From: a virus
Reading direction: 5' to 3' (one strand)
IMG/VR virus record: IMGVR_UViG_3300045988_128835
Length of the DNA: 64,000 bases
Positions 60,501 through 64,000 of this stretch are shown here, piece by piece. The notes under the pieces were generated by a model, which was not told the origin of the DNA, searched no databases, and worked only from the letters and a program-made list of their open reading frames with translations. Position 1 is the first letter of the stretch. Every line of letters starts with the position of its first letter. The translations under genes and the position numbers were made by a program.

Positions 60501-63500
60501 TATAATTATATTGATCTTGTGACAGGTCATTATATGGGTAATTAGGATAGATATTCACATTACCATCGTCTCCTATGTATCTAAGCATATCATAGGCTAA
60601 TCCTGAAGCCACAACCGACCTATTTAGTCTCCTATCTCCACGATACAGTTCATATCCTACAATCGTATTTCTTTGTTGTTGCGTAATCAAACCAGAATCC
60701 ACTGCAAAATCCAAAAACACTTGTATGGTGTTCTCATCTACCATAATACCTACCGGATATATTTCAGAAGCTATGTCATATCCACGTTCATCACTGTTCA
60801 TGAATGGTATATGCTTATTATCTGGAAACCGGTAATGACGTATAGGTTGCTGGCAAAATACGGTAGAAGTATCTACCCCTCCATAAGAATGACCCTTGAA
60901 ATAAGATAATCCATTTTTGTCTGACAAAGGAGCACCATAATATTCTGTTAACTTATTCATAATATTAGAATAAGCTTCTGATTTTTTTGGATCACCATAA
61001 GATCTGCCTGTGTCTATTTTCATCCTGCTACTATCATAAAGTTCAAAATTAGCAGGATATTTCTCAGATGATTCCCAATATGCAAAATCCCCGTATTTAT
61101 AAGGACGAGGCTTGCAATTGATGGGCCTATCTCCACATGTCTGACATTTTGATGCAAATAAGACAGTTGATCTAAGTGTTATAGAATCCACAGACAAATC
61201 AATCTTATTTACCTCCTTTTCTCTTATACCAAAAATATACGGATATATAGTTTTACCTGTAGCAAAAGCGACTCCAAGAATAGCACGGGAAGGCTTCTTT
61301 CCTTCTTCTTCCTCTTCTTCTGGGGTATCATAATTTTTATAAGAACAAAATTGAATTTGTCTAAACGTCATTATCCAAGGAACTGCTACAATAGGAGATT
61401 CTATTGTAACATAAAAATAATTTTGACCTATAGAATCAAAAAACTCTTCATTTATTTCTCCGAAAGCCGGTCTTGCTATGTTAACAATAACGGAATGAGA
61501 TGATTCATACTCAGGTCTATCAAATTCAACTGGTACTATTCCAAGAGGGGACCATGTTTCAACATCCTTCCAAAAAGAAACACGAACGTAATTGGTAGAC
61601 ACAGCATCCATTATGCCATCTACCTTTCCAAGAGCTTCAAGATAAAGAACTTTGTTCTCGTCTTTATAACCTTCTATGTCCCACTCTTCTGGTCTATTGA
61701 TTCTAATAAATCTTGCATTTGTCATTACATTTCTGACAAACTTCCATACCACAAATTCAGATGCGAATCCAATATTAAGCTTATCCCCTGTAGGATTATT
61801 AAATGTAGCATTGTTTACATACCCTTCAAATTTCCAATCAGTTTCATCTATACCGGTATCCGAATTTTTATATATCATATCTTGCAACTTCTCAGAAGCT
61901 TCAGGCCAAAATTGCTCAATACAATACCTGGGTCCGTTCTTTGATCTATACTGATTATTTATGACTGTACTGGTAGATCTACCGGCTCGCCAATCTCCTA
62001 CATCATTTATCTTTTGGCTCCATCCATCTATATGAAGAATATAACTTCCAAGAAGATAATTATAATTCTGAAAGTTGTTATAATCAGTTCTTGACACAGT
62101 AGGATCAGAGCAATAACTCTCAATATAACATCCGCATGTACAAGGCATGGTATCTAATACGTATATAGCATCAGACACGGTTTTTAAAACAGATCCAGGT
62201 TGTAAGTATGGATAAAACTCAGAACAAAGGTGTTGATTGCCATCACCTGATATGCTGCCAGCGCTATACCCAAAAAATGCTTCTTCCATCCATTCAGATA
62301 AAGAATCCATTGTCTCGTAATTAAACAACACAGAATACTTATTCTGATTTTCTCCTCCTGTGGTATATAGATAATCTGTAGAGACGTGTTCCATTTCGCT
62401 AAGAACCTTATAGATATAATCTTCTACAAGGCCTGTTATTAGTGGAACTGGAGCAGACAATATAGATTCTTGACGATGGGGAACTTCGCAGTCTCCTTCC
62501 ATTTCTGGCAACCCAATATGATCAATTGGTTCCATATAATCCTGTGTTCCGTCTTCTCTGTATTTGGTAGCTATATCGCATATCTGTCTTTCATTGTCTC
62601 CATTCTCCTTATTGTTACAAGCTACAAGACCTATATTTTCAGACAAATAATTTATAGGGGTTCCTACAATATCATCATAATCGATAATAAATCTTGATTT
62701 CCCTTTAAAAGTAGCGAAATTGCTTTCCACTATAACAGTTTGACCTACAGTAGCCGGGTTGTTACACTCTTTCTGTTCTTCATCTATAACAACCGCATCG
62801 TCGTCAATCAATACCCCATCTCCTGCCGTATTGCTATACTGCCATACATATTTCCTATCAACACCTGAGCAATCCGGAGCATATGCGTTTATAGACTGGT
62901 ATGGGATACTGTCTTTGTTCATTTCCTCTCTTGCCTTATCAGAAGGTGGGGGAACAAGAACGAATGCTGGAGTTTTATAACCAGTAGATGTCTTAAACGA
63001 GATAGAAAACGGATACACTTCATTCCTCATGTATCCCACATACAACGAACAAGCATTACCATCCTTATACAGGTCTTCGTGGGCTACAGACGCCTGCCAT
63101 TTTAGAAAATGCCCCATAAGAGAAACTACAGGCTGTAAATTCCATTCTTTTTCTGCCGTAAGACCATATTGAAGAAGACGGTTTCCGACTGACACTATTC
63201 CTCTTGATGTATTATATATGGCTCTTTTTAAAGAAATGTGTTCGAATGTCGTTCTTTTGTTATTAAGATCAGAATAATAGTATATAGTCTTCTCTGTAAT
63301 AGGATGAATACCTTCTATAAAATAATCCACTACAGGTTGTGTTTCACCATTGTATCCAACAGTATTCTGAATAACAGCCACCTTGTAATGACTAACTTGC
63401 CTATCCAAATTAGACACCTTAAGTCTTATACCAAGATTAGTTCTTTCTCCCCATTTCCCATCATTAATTCTAATATATTGTTCATCGAATACATGCACAG

Positions 63501-64000
63501 GATTAGTCAATGAAGTATAGTTAGTTTTCTCGTTGCCAAATTCATCACACAGAGCCACAGCAAACTGATACACGCCCGCGCGTAGGCTGCCCCCGTACTC
63601 TATCTGTACCGGCTCTACACATGGCTGATCCAGCAGCGGAAACACCCTAAGTTTCTCACATGCCAGAAAATAACCATTCTCCTGCATGAACTTTTTCCTA
63701 TCGTATTCTTTATCGCATATCTTATACCCATGATAATGATACCATATATCACCTTCATCATCAGGAGTAAGGGCCTTGTCTACAATAACATACCTGGGAG
63801 GATTATAATCGTCAGTCCAATAAATACACTTACCACATTTCTCTGTCTTGATTTCTATGGTTTTTATAGGATGATAGATAGAGAAATTGAGGCACGGATC
63901 TTGCTCGTTGTCTTCAAGCAGGGTTTTCATGCCAGAGCACAACGACTCCGATCCTTCTACCATAGATTCTATATCGGAATCAGATAAGATACTTGTATCG
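57523..64000 (-). CDS. giant virion protein (at least 2146 aa; the ORF stays open to the window edge, so it is 5'-truncated here). Rich in Tyr/Trp/Asn/Gly, possibly tail/muzzle/fibre-like
   Basis: No in-frame stop between 63963 and 64000. Confidence 0.8.
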   Translation of the reverse strand, partial: DTSILSDSDIESMVEGSESLCSGMKTLLEDNEQDPCLNFSIYHPIKTIEIKTEKCGKCIYWTDDYNPPRYVIVDKALTPDDEGDIWYHYHGYKICDKEYDRKKFMQENGYFLACEKLRVFPLLDQPCVEPVQIEYGGSLRAGVYQFAVALCDEFGNEKTNYTSLTNPVHVFDEQYIRINDGKWGERTNLGIRLKVSNLDRQVSHYKVAVIQNTVGYNGETQPVVDYFIEGIHPITEKTIYYYSDLNNKRTTFEHISLKRAIYNTSRGIVSVGNRLLQYGLTAEKEWNLQPVVSLMGHFLKWQASVAHEDLYKDGNACSLYVGYMRNEVYPFSISFKTSTGYKTPAFVLVPPPSDKAREEMNKDSIPYQSINAYAPDCSGVDRKYVWQYSNTAGDGVLIDDDAVVIDEEQKECNNPATVGQTVIVESNFATFKGKSRFIIDYDDIVGTPINYLSENIGLVACNNKENGDNERQICDIATKYREDGTQDYMEPIDHIGLPEMEGDCEVPHRQESILSAPVPLITGLVEDYIYKVLSEMEHVSTDYLYTTGGENQNKYSVLFNYETMDSLSEWMEEAFFGYSAGSISGDGNQHLCSEFYPYLQPGSVLKTVSDAIYVLDTMPCTCGCYIESYCSDPTVSRTDYNNFQNYNYLLGSYILHIDGWSQKINDVGDWRAGRSTSTVINNQYRSKNGPRYCIEQFWPEASEKLQDMIYKNSDTGIDETDWKFEGYVNNATFNNPTGDKLNIGFASEFVVWKFVRNVMTNARFIRINRPEEWDIEGYKDENKVLYLEALGKVDGIMDAVSTNYVRVSFWKDVETWSPLGIVPVEFDRPEYESSHSVIVNIARPAFGEINEEFFDSIGQNYFYVTIESPIVAVPWIMTFRQIQFCSYKNYDTPEEEEEEGKKPSRAILGVAFATGKTIYPYIFGIREKEVNKIDLSVDSITLRSTVLFASKCQTCGDRPINCKPRPYKYGDFAYWESSEKYPANFELYDSSRMKIDTGRSYGDPKKSEAYSNIMNKLTEYYGAPLSDKNGLSYFKGHSYGGVDTSTVFCQQPIRHYRFPDNKHIPFMNSDERGYDIASEIYPVGIMVDENTIQVFLDFAVDSGLITQQQRNTIVGYELYRGDRRLNRSVVASGLAYDMLRYIGDDGNVNIYPNYPYNDLSQDQYNYTSGKRDEFISHPFDKGGNVWYSFCSPDIYFNKPELPNEVCIDGFQRGMSVGSFVPVEDHPKWTILGPAAYTMAASLAAVESSATIAAMIAEELQIRAQSGYIGGSAGLTGGGFLTNLSVAMLFSSMVSTISQTLAKGPILYGKYRYDWLNTFINNGPRRNHAWYYTSVGLYNSMIGITDQDKYERNFARGLSSVKYIKSGVYPMMDASMSSKWGTGRNDNEGRFLFVNNIDRESSLFLSFGDPGEKGDGKSKYLLEYPNYVYNYDSSRIDDSVIAGSDVVAGRTFEQSKTVSYICSPYMRLMRYRPDQYGQIEDIKWISIGGCGFFTNEKKLIFGGDTVITRFSLKRKFPVFYNSAFGIGDMIPFPYMDYRNVGYPRYFVNYDTGEDALETIDNERFNSWTSSNKGRYAFYPNRKSLYELNGDTSGRYVNGRFYTWFYGIPQFLVESEINCNFRLEGPQPHELFYPKVGDFVWWTQEKNVSIHRDNDYKISPIYSSRMTLTPNVLPATYERRFYDCAYQRPNGVIWSRADVSENSQTDPWLTYKPMDYHEFPTSNGKLIHMKRIESDQILVRFEDQVSLHNAIDVIKERTSPGQAEMGTGGLFASRPLEYNTTDLGYSGTQSTEIISSEFGHFWVDTKRAQVFMTDPNGRNLKELSVGIRHWLKRHLPFKILRYGITNILTGTEMTEEDTDNKFIGLGLSLGWDNRYKRVLITKKDYIPVKNPAYYKYDGGRFLYNETEVLSNDKEISLKDEQYFKDVSFTIGYSCLKQEWISYYSFCPDYYIEQQQYFQTGINFPASDEEGGLWSHLLTNKSFQTFYGTTYPFILEVPIKEKYNGSTLASVEYELDARKYVDDVNYTLDRKVGLDTITIYNDTNNSGEIHLVPEEKNNLAQRISYPKIVGDHTEVLDTEVYRRHKLNDFFNRVDDDRSETPIWIKDDNDINKSVNSDALNFRRSWLDRLRGSWMLMRIKKVISNRKIIFQWLISEDKIKNR

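Noticed and set aside
1-64000. CRISPR arrays, rRNA genes
   Set aside because: No regularly spaced direct repeats of CRISPR type and no rRNA-like conserved stretches were seen on reading the sequence.

Overview
This window looks like a contig-terminal fragment of a large double-stranded DNA phage, most likely from a Bacteroidota host. The supporting evidence is AT-rich sequence, a Bacteroides-type TAnnTTTG promoter motif, and a lipobox protein. The fragment is organised in a crAss-like (Crassvirales-like) way. Positions 1-48 are Illumina Nextera i7 adapter, not biology. Positions ~190-19010 are a plus-strand early/replication module. It contains two RecB-family PD-(D/E)XK nucleases, a zinc-finger/TOPRIM primase, a DnaB-type helicase core, an SF2 DEAD/DExH helicase, a dATP/dGTP-pyrophosphohydrolase-like protein, a C5 cytosine methyltransferase, an acyl carrier protein, and an NfeD-flotillin(SPFH) membrane pair. 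This block meets a minus-strand virion block (19100-64000) at a perfect 16-bp inverted repeat. The minus-strand block has three giant ORFs (2140, 2213 and >2146 aa) plus 1019-, 938-, 806- and 751-aa proteins, and tail-fibre-like proteins with a shared MRRRF N-terminus. It is interrupted by several accessory insertions, listed next. The first is a nine-gene small-ORF island. The second is an IS200/IS605-type tnpB (OMEGA) element on the opposite strand. The third is a Bro-N gene with an apparent frameshift. The fourth is an orphan 339-aa gene beside a 760-bp hairpin-rich non-coding region. The fifth is an opposite-strand T5orf172/GIY-YIG-like gene. The sixth, and most striking, is a Ro60/Rsr (TROVE + vWA) orthologue directly preceded by a tandem array of Y-RNA-like, tRNA-like non-coding RNAs. 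No CRISPR array, rRNA or canonical tRNA was seen. All protein calls come from motif reading of the supplied translations, not from database searches.
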